A DNA stretch of 63,530 bases, counting the filler. It is 10 parts of 10 records of this genome, joined end to end, with 100 filler letters (N's around TTAATTAATTAA, not from the genome) between each part and the next. Parts side by side here need not be neighbours in the genome. Positions count along the whole stretch, not along the records: positions 16,841 to 24,733 come from SRR7504441_3321; positions 24,834 to 32,547 come from SRR7504441_3325; 8 more parts are not named here. The stretch is one strand, 5' to 3'. The position numbers and the translations under genes were made by a program. Numbering within the stretch: the stretch's first letter is position 1; the number at the start of each line of letters is the position of its first letter. Under the pieces are notes generated by a model. The model had not been told where the DNA came from. It did no database searches and saw only the letters and a program-made list of their open reading frames with translations. Shown piece after piece: positions 21,690 to 32,393 of the stretch.

Positions 21690-23510
21690 ATGATGTCGCG
21701 ATTGGCCTTCTCCGCCGCTGCCCGCCGCTGGTGCTCCAGCTCTGTCCGATCTGCCGAGAAGATGTCGGTCCGTATCGAGGCCGCCAGCTCGCACACTCCG
21801 GACGCCTCGAGCGTGGACCCCTCGCACTGGGACGAGGCCTGGGACAGGGACCGGCTCAAATCCGGCTCCCGCGACCATCTGATGGCCTCCTGGATCACCG
21901 GCGAGGTGCGCTCCCGGCCATGGGCCCGGGCGCGACCGGGCCGCAGGCTTTCCGGGGTGTGCCGTTCATGAAGCACGGGGAGCACTGCTACATCTACGAC
22001 ATGGACGGCAACAAGTACCTAGACTGGACCTCCCAGGCCGTCTGCGTCAACCTCGGTTACGACGTCCCCCCGCAGGCACCCCCCCCGGTCTGGCGCCGGT
22101 CTGAGCCCCGCCAGGTGGTAGACGCGATCAACAAACAGCTCACTTCGCTTCCGATGAGCTACGGAGGACTCGGAGTCACCGAGGCGCCCCACCGGCCCTC
22201 GGTGGCGCCAGCCGGGGCAGGTGCGGGTGCGTCTGGCCCATCTGCTCTCGGAGCTGCTCCCGGGCAACCTGAACAACTTCCTATTCCCCAGCTCCGGCTC
22301 GGAGGCCAATGAGGCCGCAATCCGGATGGCGCGCCGGTTCACAGGCGCCCACCGCCGCCGGGTCGGGCTGAGCTGTGGCGGCAGGCCGGAACAAGATCAT
22401 CAACCAGTACCGCAGCTACCACGGCGGCTCGCCCGGCTCGCTGCAAGCCACTGGAGATTTCCGGCGCGGGTGCGGGCACCAGAGGGAGCCGCGTGAGCCC
22501 GGAGCCTGCAGGTTCGTTGAAGCTAGCGGGGGCTCTTCGGGTTTCATCAAGACGTTCAACCCGAGCGAGTCGCTGGGCAACTTCAGCTTCGGGGAGACCG
22601 ACGAGCAGAAGGCCCAGAATGCGCTGCAGTACCTGGAGGACCAGGTTCGCAGCCTGCTGCACGCACCCGAGTTGCGGGGCAGATCAACATGGAAGGTCCG
22701 CACACGATCGCCGCGGTGATGTTTGAGTCGATCGTGGGGGCCGGGGGCGTGTACGTTGCCCCACCCGGGTACATGGAGGGTGTGCGCGAGCTCTGCAACA
22801 AGCACGGGATTTTATTCATCTGCGACGAGGTCCAGACTGCGCCAAAGGCGGCTCGTAATCGGGGCGGCAGGTGATGGTCGGTTTTGGGCGGACCGGCAAG
22901 ATGTGGGGCTTCCAGAACTACGACATTGTCCCCGATATTGTGACCTCGGCCAAGGGCCTTTCGGGCGCCTACCTGCCGCTCTCGATGCTGGCAGCGACGG
23001 ATGAGATCAAGGAGTTTTTTGAGACGAACGCGATGGGCTGGGGGGCCACTTACCACGCCCACCCGACCGCCATGGCCTGCGCGTACGAGTGCATCAAATT
23101 TATGCTGCAAGAAGATCTGGTCAACAAGGCCAAGACACAGCTCGAGCCTGTTATCGCGACCGGTCTCACCCAACTAGCCGATAGATTCGATTCGGTGGTC
23201 CGGCCGCGCTACCTCGGGGCGTTCGGGTGCGTGGACTTAGTGGATAAGACCGGCGAGCCCATCCAGCGGTTTGATGGCTCCCATGCGTCCAACCCGGGCG
23301 CGATCATGGCCCTCCGCAAGGCGCTGCTGGCCAACGGAATTTATGGGCTGCTTCGGCCACCGCTGATGCACTGCGCCCCGGCGCTGGTGATCCGTCCGGA
23401 GGAGCTGGTCGAAGGGTTTGCGCAGGTGATTGGTCTGGTTGCGGAAAGCTGACGGTGGGCAGGTGGAGAAAGCGCTCGAAGTTTACGATCACGCTGTCCA
23501 GCAGGGATGA
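21690..23510 (+). CDS. Class-III PLP-dependent aminotransferase with mitochondrial-type presequence, 8 introns
   Basis: [49 protein letters not shown]. All eight introns give a continuous frame. Confidence 0.92.
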
Positions 23511-23718
23511 GCAGATGGGAGGCATTCAGGCGCCGTGGAGTGTGGTACACGCGCGCATGGCACAATATACTTGAGCTTTTTTCACTTTGAGGCCCCTTAT
23601 GTGCTCATCTTTCAGCTTCCAATTCGGCTCATTATTAATTAATTATCTGAGCCTGATCGACCTTTCAAAGCTCATGTACCAATTGCAATACAGTGTTACC
23701 TTCTCGCATCTATCCGTT

Positions 23719-24598
23719 TCACTCGCCCTCACTCGTTTCACGAGGCTCCTCCGCGGATGGCTGCACGATTGCGATTGGCGTTGAAGGCGACCCATCGTAC
23801 TGAGTCGCGGGCGACTGAGGAGAGCTGTCCAGCCGTGCAGAGGACGGCCGCGCCCGGAATAGCGGACGAGTGTGGGTCAGAACATCTCTCCGGCCTGCCT
23901 CTCCAGTCAGCCGGCCTGCACGGCTTAGAACCTTTTGGGGGGCTGTTGAGCTCCGCTTCGGACACAAACTGAGCCAGTTTCTGTATCCTCTCCTCTTTGA
24001 GCTGCGCCCGCTGCTTGAGCACCTGCCTCGCCTGATGGCCCTCGCCCCCCCACCCCCCGGTGCCTCTCGCCGCCTGGCCCGCTCCTCGTCAGTCCTGTGC
24101 TCTATCACTCTCAGCATCCCCTCCGGCGCCACTCCGCTCTCCCCCATCTGCTGCCGCTATCAGCACCCGGCCAGGTCCCATGCACCGTCGCCGCGTCGTC
24201 CGTCAGCTCGGCCCACTCCCCCTGATCTGGCTTGTACCACAACTGTCCGCCGCGGTGGCTCCAGCACCCGCCATCCAGCGCACCTCCAGGTCATCCGGCG
24301 CGGCCAGCTGGTGGTTTCGGTGGAGCCGCTGCTTGACCAGCCCGCAGCTCTCGTACGGTCGGACCACCAGCTCGAGCGGCAGCCGCTTGGGTACCCGGCA
24401 CGGGACGGTGAACGCCCGGTAGTGGCCGGAGGCTCGGTCGCGGGCCTCGAGCGCCCGCCGGGTGGCCTCGGCGCGCAGCTGGTCTGGTTCGTTGGAGAGT
24501 CGGGATATTCGGGCCAGGTCGGCCTCCAGGTGGGCCGGCGAGTCCGGAGACCGCCCCGGCGAGCCCGCGGACTGGGCGCTGTGGCCGCAATTACCCAT
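23719..24598 (-). CDS. Hypothetical MGNC-acylated protein with a ubiquitin-like segment and coiled coil, spliced
   Basis: Starts MGNCGHS; LELVVRPYESCGLVKQRL; short GT-AG introns. Confidence 0.45.
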
Positions 24599-25169
24599 CG
24601 CCTCGCAACTCCCGGAAAATAACGGACATCCCGGCTGGACAGGACATGTTTGGGTTCGAGGGCGCGGTGGTGGAGCATCCCCCGGAGCAGCCTGCCACAC
24701 AGATGTCCTTCTGGTCCCGCCAGGCCGCACCGANNNNNNNNNNNNNNNNNNNNNNNNNNNNNNNNNNNNNNNNNNNNTTAATTAATTAANNNNNNNNNNN
24801 NNNNNNNNNNNNNNNNNNNNNNNNNNNNNNNNNTTACAGGGGGTGTAGCTTGAAACACTGGCATGTATGCTTAATGTATCCCGGGAGGCTTTCCAACGAA
24901 CCGTTGTGGTGTGACACGAGTCGAGAAAAAATGCAGTCTGTACGGTACAGGTACTTGAATACCTTGTACAGGTACATCATTCTTCTCCACCTGTTGCCTA
25001 CAATTCTGGACCAGCACGCGCCATAAACTGTCCACTTTTCTTTTTTTTTTCGCTGGAAGTCTCACCATTTTTTGAAGCCCGCGGTCGCCTCGGAGGTGGA
25101 GCAACCTCGGCGAGCTGCGCGCCCCTCCAGCCCCGACACAGCTGCCTGCCGGAGGCGCACGACTGAGGG

Positions 25170-28100
25170 ATGGACCTGCCGGCTGGCGCCATGCCTGGCG
25201 CTTCAAAGCGACCGGCGCTTGGGGAGCTCGGTCCGAACGCCGGGAGGTCGAGTCCAAGCAAGCAGGCCCGGCTGGACCCGCCGTCCGCCAACCCGTTCGT
25301 GGCTCTGCTAGCGGCGGCTGGAATGAGCCCGCAGGCCGGGCGGATGTGCTGTCCCGACGTGCTCCAGTTCCGCCGGACGGTGGAGCGAGCCCTGCTGGCA
25401 GACCCCGAGCGGCTGACCGAGTTCGTGGCTGGGATGCGCGAGCTGTTTGCCGACCGCGAGCAGTTCAAGGCCCACTTGCTCCCGAGCCTGTCCCGGGGCC
25501 AGGCCGGGGCACAGGACTCGCCGGTGAGGTTGCTGCTCGGAGTGCGGGCTGTGCAGCCGGGGCTGGTGGAGCTGCTGGTCGAGTCGATGCTCGAGTTCCT
25601 GGATGACGAGGCCGAGGGCACCGGCAACCTGACCTGGCTGCTCCTCTCCCAGCTGCGGTGGCTGGACTTCCCAGTGGCTGACCAGCCGATCATGGAGAGG
25701 CTCCAGGAGCTGCTCACCATCCTCACCGGAGGGCTGCAGCACGAGGTGATTGCGCTCCTCCCGGAGATCCTGCCGGCCGCCGCACACGACACGATCAGCG
25801 CCGCGCTGCTGGAGCTGATCGAATCCGACTCCAGCTGCATCCGGCCGGCGCTCGATGCGTTTGCCAGCTTTGAGCTCTCAGAAGATGTGCTAGCGCAGGT
25901 GATCTCGGCGGCCACTCGGGCACTCGACTCAGCATGCCTGAACGAGGTGCCGTGCATCGTGCGGTTCTTGGTGAACAACGCGCCGGACGATTCGATCAAG
26001 GCCGTGCTCGCGTCGATGCGCTCCAAGCTCAACATAGGCCAGATGGAGCAGCAGCAGCCCGAGATGTACCAGCAGTCTCAGCTGCCCAGCGCTGCCACCC
26101 AGAGCGCGGGCAAGCGCGATCTCATAGCGCTAGTGCTAGAAGCGCTCCGACATGGGCTGCTCTTCCGCCCGAGGTCAGCGGTTGCGCTGCTAAAGGCGAT
26201 CGAGACAGCGGATCGTTCGATGCCAGTGGACGTGTGGGTGCTGCTGGTGGCCAGCACAATCAGCACGGCCAATAAACTTGCGGTCAAGCTTTTCAAGACC
26301 AAGATAAGCTCAGGCCAGTTTCACATCAACCTGCTCACCGAGGCCATCCAGGCCGCCAAGCCGGCGCTTGTAGAATACTTTGGGGCCCTGCTCGCCCTGG
26401 CGGAGCAGCTGGCCCGGTCAGCGATGCAACCGAGCCACCGGCGGGCCGCAGTGGACCTGTACACACTAGCTTTCGTCGAGTTTGATGGCGGCTTCCACAG
26501 CCAGCAAGTGCTCGCGCTTCTGATGGGCCACGCCGGGTCTGGGGCAGCGAGTGAAGTTCAGGTGGGCTTGGACGCGCTGCTCGCGCTGTTGGGCAAGTGC
26601 CGGGGTCGGCTACAGCAGCACCGGGCGCATATCAGCGGGGTACTGGACTTTGTGGACCAGTTCCAGAGAGAGCAAGTGCATCAGGTGTTCTGGTTCTTCT
26701 GCAGGCTTCCGGACGGCGAAGACCAGGAGCTGCACATAATGGTGAGAAAGCTGCTTGCAAGCAGCCAGGCTGGAGTCAAGCAGCTAGGGCTTGTGGCCGG
26801 GCTAGCGCTAGTGAGCGGGTGGTGCCTGCACGAGCAAGAGGTGACTGGGTCCGAGCTATCCCAGGGGATAGAGATGCTCGGGATGGCGGTCGGCTGCTGC
26901 AGGGAGGACAGCAACACGGCCCAGCTTAGCTTCCTCTACGACAGGCTCGCCACGCTGCTCCAGAAGGCGGCTCGGCCACACCCTGCTGTGCTCGAGTGGC
27001 TCAACGACCAGCTCTGCGGGGATATCTTCATGAAGTGGCTCGAAGAGCTCACTCCCGGCGGCAACGTATCGGCCGAGCACCAGATTCTTGGGTGTGTCGA
27101 TGAGGTTCGGTTCAGCATCGACGGCAAAGACGCCGCGATGGCCGTCTCACTCGCGGCCAATGCCACTCCATCGAATCTGCTGCTGCCTCTGTGCAGCCAC
27201 TTCAGGCTTTACTGTGCTGTCTCGCTCGCTCGGACTGAGTCGCCGCTGCTCCCGGAGCTCGATGCGCTGCTCGGCTGCCCAGTCCACGCCTTCGAGAAGC
27301 TGGACACCGACGATTACCTGACGATGCCGCCCCGCTCACAGGTAGCGCTTTGCGACACAGTGTTTGCCACTGTCTGCTGGTTCCGCCAGCTGCTCGAATC
27401 ATTCGGCCCGACTGCATTGATGTCTCCTGAGATCAGAGGCAAGTCGATCCAGCGACTGGGACACATCCTGGAGCTCGAACAGGAGCTCGAACACTACACT
27501 GCCATCTTGCCGGGCTGGACTCCCGTATCACAGCACTCAGAGATGCAGCCACAGCGCGACCCGCCAAGAGGAGGGAAGGGATCGAAGGAGCCAAAGGAGC
27601 CAGCCGAGAAGCCAAAGATCGAGAAAGTCGCTATCGGGAGTGGCTTCAAGCGACACTACCGGCGGTTGGCCCCACAGGCCATCTGCACGATGCTCCGGTG
27701 CATCGACAAGGCGTTGGTGCTAGAGCAGCAGGACACCGAGGGCGTGGCCGAGTCCGAGCTCACGCTCACGGTCCCAGTCGCCGAGGCCCTACTTCAGGAG
27801 CTCAGCCTCCAGCTCAAGACTACCCTCCGCAAAGCCTCGCGCGCGCTCACGCCGTGGCCACCGTCAAAGTCGACAGCAATCGAGCAAGCTGGGTCCCCCG
27901 AGCCGGAGCCGGCCGAGCTATGCCGCGAGGTATGCCCGGTGCTGCCTGGACTGCTCCAGTGGGCGGCATCGGCTGCGGCCGAGTGCTGCATCGGGCCGCT
28001 GTGCGACTGCTTCAGCGAGGTGTGCCGCTACGCTGCTCTGCTCTCCGGCGACGAGCAACGCAAGCTCGTCGACGCTCTAATGGCGGGTTGGACCGAATTC

Positions 28101-29210
28101 GAGAGCCTGGACCGAGTGTTTGAGTTTGTGCACTCGGAGCTAGTCGAGCCGAATGCGCTTGGGACTGGCCAGATGCTCAGAGTGCTCGGGCTGCTCTCAT
28201 CGCTAGTGCAGCTTGCCAAGTCACTCGAACCCGAGGAGACTGTCAAGAGGCTTTCCAACTGTGCAAGTGACGCAGCCTGTAAATTGCTCGGGGCGCCCAG
28301 TTGTGCCGAGGCTAGCCCGGCCCAGCTTGCCGAGTTGTTGGGGTACTTCGTGCAGCTGGCACCGGAGAAGGTCCCTGCGATCCAGAGTGTTGTCGATGAG
28401 ATCAAGATCAGGGTGTCCGGAGAGACTCCCCAGGACGAGATGCCCGACCGGCTAGCAGCAGCCCAGGCGACCGGACTGCTCCCAGTCTTCCTCAAGGTCG
28501 CCACTGAAGCTCTGACCTCGGAGTTCAGCGCAGCGACTGCAGCGCTAGAGGCTCTCCGAAAGGATAAGCACGCCCAGGACGACGATGATGTGAGCCTAGC
28601 CGTGGAGCGGCTGCTGGATGAGAGTCTGAGGGACTCTATCAAGCTGCTCAAGGAGCTGAGCCCGTGCTGCCAGCAGGCGGTCCAGGCGTGCGGGATTAAG
28701 CAAAAGGAGGTGCTTGCAGTCATGCTCAGGCAGATTAAGCCCTGCCTAGACGCGTTGGTCAAACTGATGCCCGAACTGGGGCCATTGACACAAGACTTTC
28801 CAAATAAAGTGATCCTGGTGCTCAAGGCGATGCAGAAAGCCACGCGGCCGTTCCACGCATTCTGCAACTCGGCCAAGGAGACCAAGGACGCGGTGCTGCT
28901 CAAGCTTGTGCCCGGGATCAAGCGGCAGCTCGAGACGATGATGGCAAAGGTGCAGGCGATGGTTAAGAAGATGGGCTACTCCAACCACTGCCAGCAGCTC
29001 AAGAGCAAGAACATGGAGGGACACGAGCTCGCTTCCCAAGCGAGGATATTCGAGCCGGCTCTGCCTGAGTCGGACCCCGATGAGGGCGAGTACGCGGGTG
29101 AAGGGGAGGACGATCAAGAGGGGGAGGACGAGTCGGGAGATGACGATTATCAACAGGACGACGACACAATTGAGCTGGAGCCGGTGGACGGCCAAGACGA
29201 GCTCAACTGA
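25170..29210 (+). CDS. FANCD2: Fanconi anemia group D2 protein, intronless
   Basis: 1346-aa helical ORF; LLLSQLRWLD, ELHIMVRKLLAS (monoubiquitination-site motif, Lys codon 26748-26750), LDALLGCP, KNMEGHELASQ followed by an acidic tail. Confidence 0.9.
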   Translation: MDLPAGAMPGASKRPALGELGPNAGRSSPSKQARLDPPSANPFVALLAAAGMSPQAGRMCCPDVLQFRRTVERALLADPERLTEFVAGMRELFADREQFKAHLLPSLSRGQAGAQDSPVRLLLGVRAVQPGLVELLVESMLEFLDDEAEGTGNLTWLLLSQLRWLDFPVADQPIMERLQELLTILTGGLQHEVIALLPEILPAAAHDTISAALLELIESDSSCIRPALDAFASFELSEDVLAQVISAATRALDSACLNEVPCIVRFLVNNAPDDSIKAVLASMRSKLNIGQMEQQQPEMYQQSQLPSAATQSAGKRDLIALVLEALRHGLLFRPRSAVALLKAIETADRSMPVDVWVLLVASTISTANKLAVKLFKTKISSGQFHINLLTEAIQAAKPALVEYFGALLALAEQLARSAMQPSHRRAAVDLYTLAFVEFDGGFHSQQVLALLMGHAGSGAASEVQVGLDALLALLGKCRGRLQQHRAHISGVLDFVDQFQREQVHQVFWFFCRLPDGEDQELHIMVRKLLASSQAGVKQLGLVAGLALVSGWCLHEQEVTGSELSQGIEMLGMAVGCCREDSNTAQLSFLYDRLATLLQKAARPHPAVLEWLNDQLCGDIFMKWLEELTPGGNVSAEHQILGCVDEVRFSIDGKDAAMAVSLAANATPSNLLLPLCSHFRLYCAVSLARTESPLLPELDALLGCPVHAFEKLDTDDYLTMPPRSQVALCDTVFATVCWFRQLLESFGPTALMSPEIRGKSIQRLGHILELEQELEHYTAILPGWTPVSQHSEMQPQRDPPRGGKGSKEPKEPAEKPKIEKVAIGSGFKRHYRRLAPQAICTMLRCIDKALVLEQQDTEGVAESELTLTVPVAEALLQELSLQLKTTLRKASRALTPWPPSKSTAIEQAGSPEPEPAELCREVCPVLPGLLQWAASAAAECCIGPLCDCFSEVCRYAALLSGDEQRKLVDALMAGWTEFESLDRVFEFVHSELVEPNALGTGQMLRVLGLLSSLVQLAKSLEPEETVKRLSNCASDAACKLLGAPSCAEASPAQLAELLGYFVQLAPEKVPAIQSVVDEIKIRVSGETPQDEMPDRLAAAQATGLLPVFLKVATEALTSEFSAATAALEALRKDKHAQDDDDVSLAVERLLDESLRDSIKLLKELSPCCQQAVQACGIKQKEVLAVMLRQIKPCLDALVKLMPELGPLTQDFPNKVILVLKAMQKATRPFHAFCNSAKETKDAVLLKLVPGIKRQLETMMAKVQAMVKKMGYSNHCQQLKSKNMEGHELASQARIFEPALPESDPDEGEYAGEGEDDQEGEDESGDDDYQQDDDTIELEPVDGQDELN

Positions 29211-29551
29211 ACCTCACACGCCGCGTTTAGATGGCCGCGGTCATGACATAATTATTTAGCAAGGGCCAGGAAGACGGGCGAGGCAGATGACGTTTGTTAC
29301 GTGACACGTTGCCGGCTATGTTTGATTGATCAACATCGAGCATGATATAGATTCAGGACTAGATAACTGATTTCAAGAGGAACTTATACCTACAGGGCTC
29401 TGCTTCATAGGACCAGTGCAGCCGGCCCAAACCGTGGACCCGTATACTGTGTACGCATAGGCAATAATTATTGTACTTCATTGAGCACTAAACCTACTTG
29501 ATTGCGTATTGATTGTATTGTGTACATGATTAATGTACACGAGCGTTCAAG

Positions 29552-30769
29552 TCACACCGACAAATAAGATTCCAACCCTTGCAATTCGATCGCCACGTCT
29601 TGCACAACATCTGAGCATATGTTGCGAGTATCCACCACCGATTTGACCAGTTTGCTTTGCAGTAGCAAGTCCAGAACTTCTCCGCACTCGGCTTCGGACA
29701 GAGTCCTCGGCTTGTTGGGCGGCAACACCTGCCAGTCACCAAAACGGATGCATGCCTGCCGATCTGTGATTGGATACAGTGCTTCCTTGATGTCAAACGC
29801 AGCAAACTTGCTCACAGTCCGCTCGATCAACATGCGTCGGAACACGCTCAGTCGACCTTGCCGCACTGACACGCAAAGGTCACGAAAGATAACAGCTGCA
29901 ACTAAGCGTTGCCGCTGCTTCTGTTCTGTTTCGACCGCAGCAGGCAGCCTCTCCCCGAAAGGGTTTGCATAGGGTAACGCTAGCTCGTCAACACCGTCAG
30001 TATTTGTTTGGCAAGCCGGAGGACGTGCAACATTGTACGTCTTGTCAGCCCACTGAAAGAACTTGCACCCACCTCTTCCGACGCCACAGCCAAAGAAGTA
30101 CCGGCCTTTGTTGGGCCCGTCTTTTCTGGTCCGATGCAGAGGCGACACCTCCTGGCAGTGGCATCGCACAAGTACCAGGTGCGGCGCTGCAGCGGCATGC
30201 ATCGAGTTGTGTGCCCCTACAAAGCATGGTTGTGGGTCCAGCCTACCGCAGCAGGTCCACCGAAATCGGTCCCAGCGAGAATACGGCTCTCCCCGCTCGC
30301 GTTGGATCGTACCTGAGTGGCGCCACACAATGCAGAGCCCGCCAAACTGAGAATCACCGCCGCAATGACTGCACCCCGGCTGCGCTGGTGACGCTGCCTT
30401 GGCAGCTGTGGACGCTTGCCGCCGCTGCTTGGCGGCCTCTCGGTTCCGTGCAATGCGCTCCTTCTGCTCCGCTGTAAGAGTCGACGGCTGGCTGGCTTCT
30501 GGCCCAGCCGCTGCAGGGATAGCGATCACTCCTGCCTCAAGACCCTTCCGGAACTCGGCGGCATCCACCACGCCGTCCTGGTTGGTGTCCAGCTCTGCGA
30601 AGGCCCTCTTCCGCGGGGTCTCCTCCTTCTGCCCGGAAAGCTCGACCAGCAGCCGGACCAGAACCGATGTTTTCTGGTTGGCTTTGATACTGTGCTGCTT
30701 TGCCAGGTCTTGCAGATCACGGCGCGACAGTGCCTGCAGCTCCGGGAGCCCGCCAACTGGTTGTGTCAT
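29552..30769 (-). CDS. SAP-like + EF-hand + RPA-binding-like motif + Btk-like Zn motif + GRF zinc finger protein, intronless
   Basis: LSRRDLQDLAKQHSIKAN; DTNQDGVVDAAEF; LTAEQKERIARNREAAKQRR; HSG..WTCCG..C..GAH; CHC..GPNKGRYFFGC..CKFFQWAD. Confidence 0.75.
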   Translation of the reverse strand: MTQPVGGLPELQALSRRDLQDLAKQHSIKANQKTSVLVRLLVELSGQKEETPRKRAFAELDTNQDGVVDAAEFRKGLEAGVIAIPAAAGPEASQPSTLTAEQKERIARNREAAKQRRQASTAAKAASPAQPGCSHCGGDSQFGGLCIVWRHSGTIQRERGEPYSRWDRFRWTCCGRLDPQPCFVGAHNSMHAAAAPHLVLVRCHCQEVSPLHRTRKDGPNKGRYFFGCGVGRGGCKFFQWADKTYNVARPPACQTNTDGVDELALPYANPFGERLPAAVETEQKQRQRLVAAVIFRDLCVSVRQGRLSVFRRMLIERTVSKFAAFDIKEALYPITDRQACIRFGDWQVLPPNKPRTLSEAECGEVLDLLLQSKLVKSVVDTRNICSDVVQDVAIELQGLESYLSV

Positions 30770-30836
30770 CGCGCGAGATTTGAAAAAAAGTCGTTATAAT
30801 CCCGTCGACCGGCGCGGGAAGTCGGGTTGGCGCGCT

Positions 30837-32393
30837 ATGGCTGGCTGCGAACTGGCCGTCGAGCCTGAGCTCTCGCGGGTGTTTGGCCAGTACGGGTGCG
30901 CGGTGCAGCGGCTGCCGGGGGCTGGGCGCACCGTGGTGGCCACTCGGAGGCTGGAACCGGGGGAAGTGGTCCTCCAGTGCCCGGCCGCCGCATTCGTCCT
31001 CAAATCCGAGTGGCGCGGCCAGCGGTGCGATTTCTGCTTCGCCACAGGGGAGGCGATGCGTCGGTGCGGCGGGTGCAAGCTCCAGAGCTACTGCAGCCAG
31101 CGCTGCCAGAAGGCCGCCTGGCGGGATCACCACAGGCCCGAGTGCGGCGCGAACGGGCTGCTGGCCGAGTCGGAGCGACTGCCCCCCGACCCGAGGGACG
31201 AGCTCGTGCTGCTCTGCCGGCTGCTCCAGCGGCGACCGGACAGCGAGCACTGGCGAAGCTTTGAGATGCTGCAATCCAATCGCGGCCAGGCGGAGGAGGG
31301 CGAGCGGTGGGTGAGTACGCTAGAACTGGGCGGCCTGTGCGCTGAGATCCTGCGCAAGACGGCCGGGGCGCACAAAATGAAGTGGCTGCCCTCTGCGGAC
31401 GAGGCGGCCGAGATGCTGGCGACGTTTCAGTGTAACAACTTTTCGATTTGGAACGAGCTGGTCGTTAGCATCGGAGCGGCTGTCTACCCCTTCGGGGCCA
31501 TCCTGAATCACGGCTGCGACTTCAACGCGGTCATCATGTACGATTTACTCTCCAAAAGGCAGACAATCCGGGCAATCCGAACGGTCGAGCCCGGCGAGCA
31601 GGTGCCGGCCAGTGCCAGCCGTGAGCATCAGTGTGTCTGCAGATCACCCACTGCTACGTGGATCTGATGATGGACCGAGCTGCCCGCTGCAACGCGTTCA
31701 AGGAGCACTACTTCTTCGAGTGCAGCTGCAGCCGATGCAGCGCCGACTCATCCGGCCCCCTAGACCTCAGCGCTGAGCCGTCATCGCCAGAGCAGGTGCA
31801 ATCATGCCACACTGCCCCTGTTATGATCAAGGCCGCAGGCCGAGAATGCGAGCCGCTTGTATGAACAAGCTATGGGCATGTCCGAGCATTCCGGGCCGGA
31901 GGCTATCAGGCTGCTGCTCCGATGCTTGGAGATCAGGCGTAAGGTGTTCCCGGATGGCGCTCTTCCGCTTGTGAGAGCCACGTCACTTCTCCACACGGCA
32001 TGTGGGCAGCTGGTTAGCCGGCTGGAGGTATGGGCAGCTCGCTATAGAGAATGGGGATTATGACACGGCGCTGGGGGCTTCGGAGGCGATGATAGGCTGG
32101 TATGATCGAGTCTATGGGGAGCGGCATCCGATGACTGGGCTGCAGTGAGCATGGCGCTTGGTTGGCCGGCTGACGCGATGCCGCAGGCGTTACACGCATG
32201 GGAACCTGCTGCGAGAGACCAGGCCGAACGACGATCGGGCCGCGGAGGAGGCCAATGTGATGCTGAATCGGGCGCTGGAGGCGCTGGAGGCACCAGCTTT
32301 GCAGGGCCTCGATGTGACTTGTATGGGCAGGTCTCGCACGGAGCAGAGCATAGCATGGTCGTAGGGCTGCGCGATTATATTGACGAATGCTAA
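30837..32393 (+). CDS. SMYD-family SET/MYND lysine methyltransferase
   Basis: GAGRTVVATR; MYND CDFC..CGGC..YCSQRCQKAAW..H..EC; NNF; NHGC..N; YFFECSCSRC; TPR-like C-terminus. Confidence 0.88.

Noticed and set aside
21731-23452. Frameshifts and in-frame stops as pseudogenes, recoding or an alternative genetic code
   Set aside because: All are resolved by short GT/GC-AG introns, and long intronless genes read normally with the standard code.
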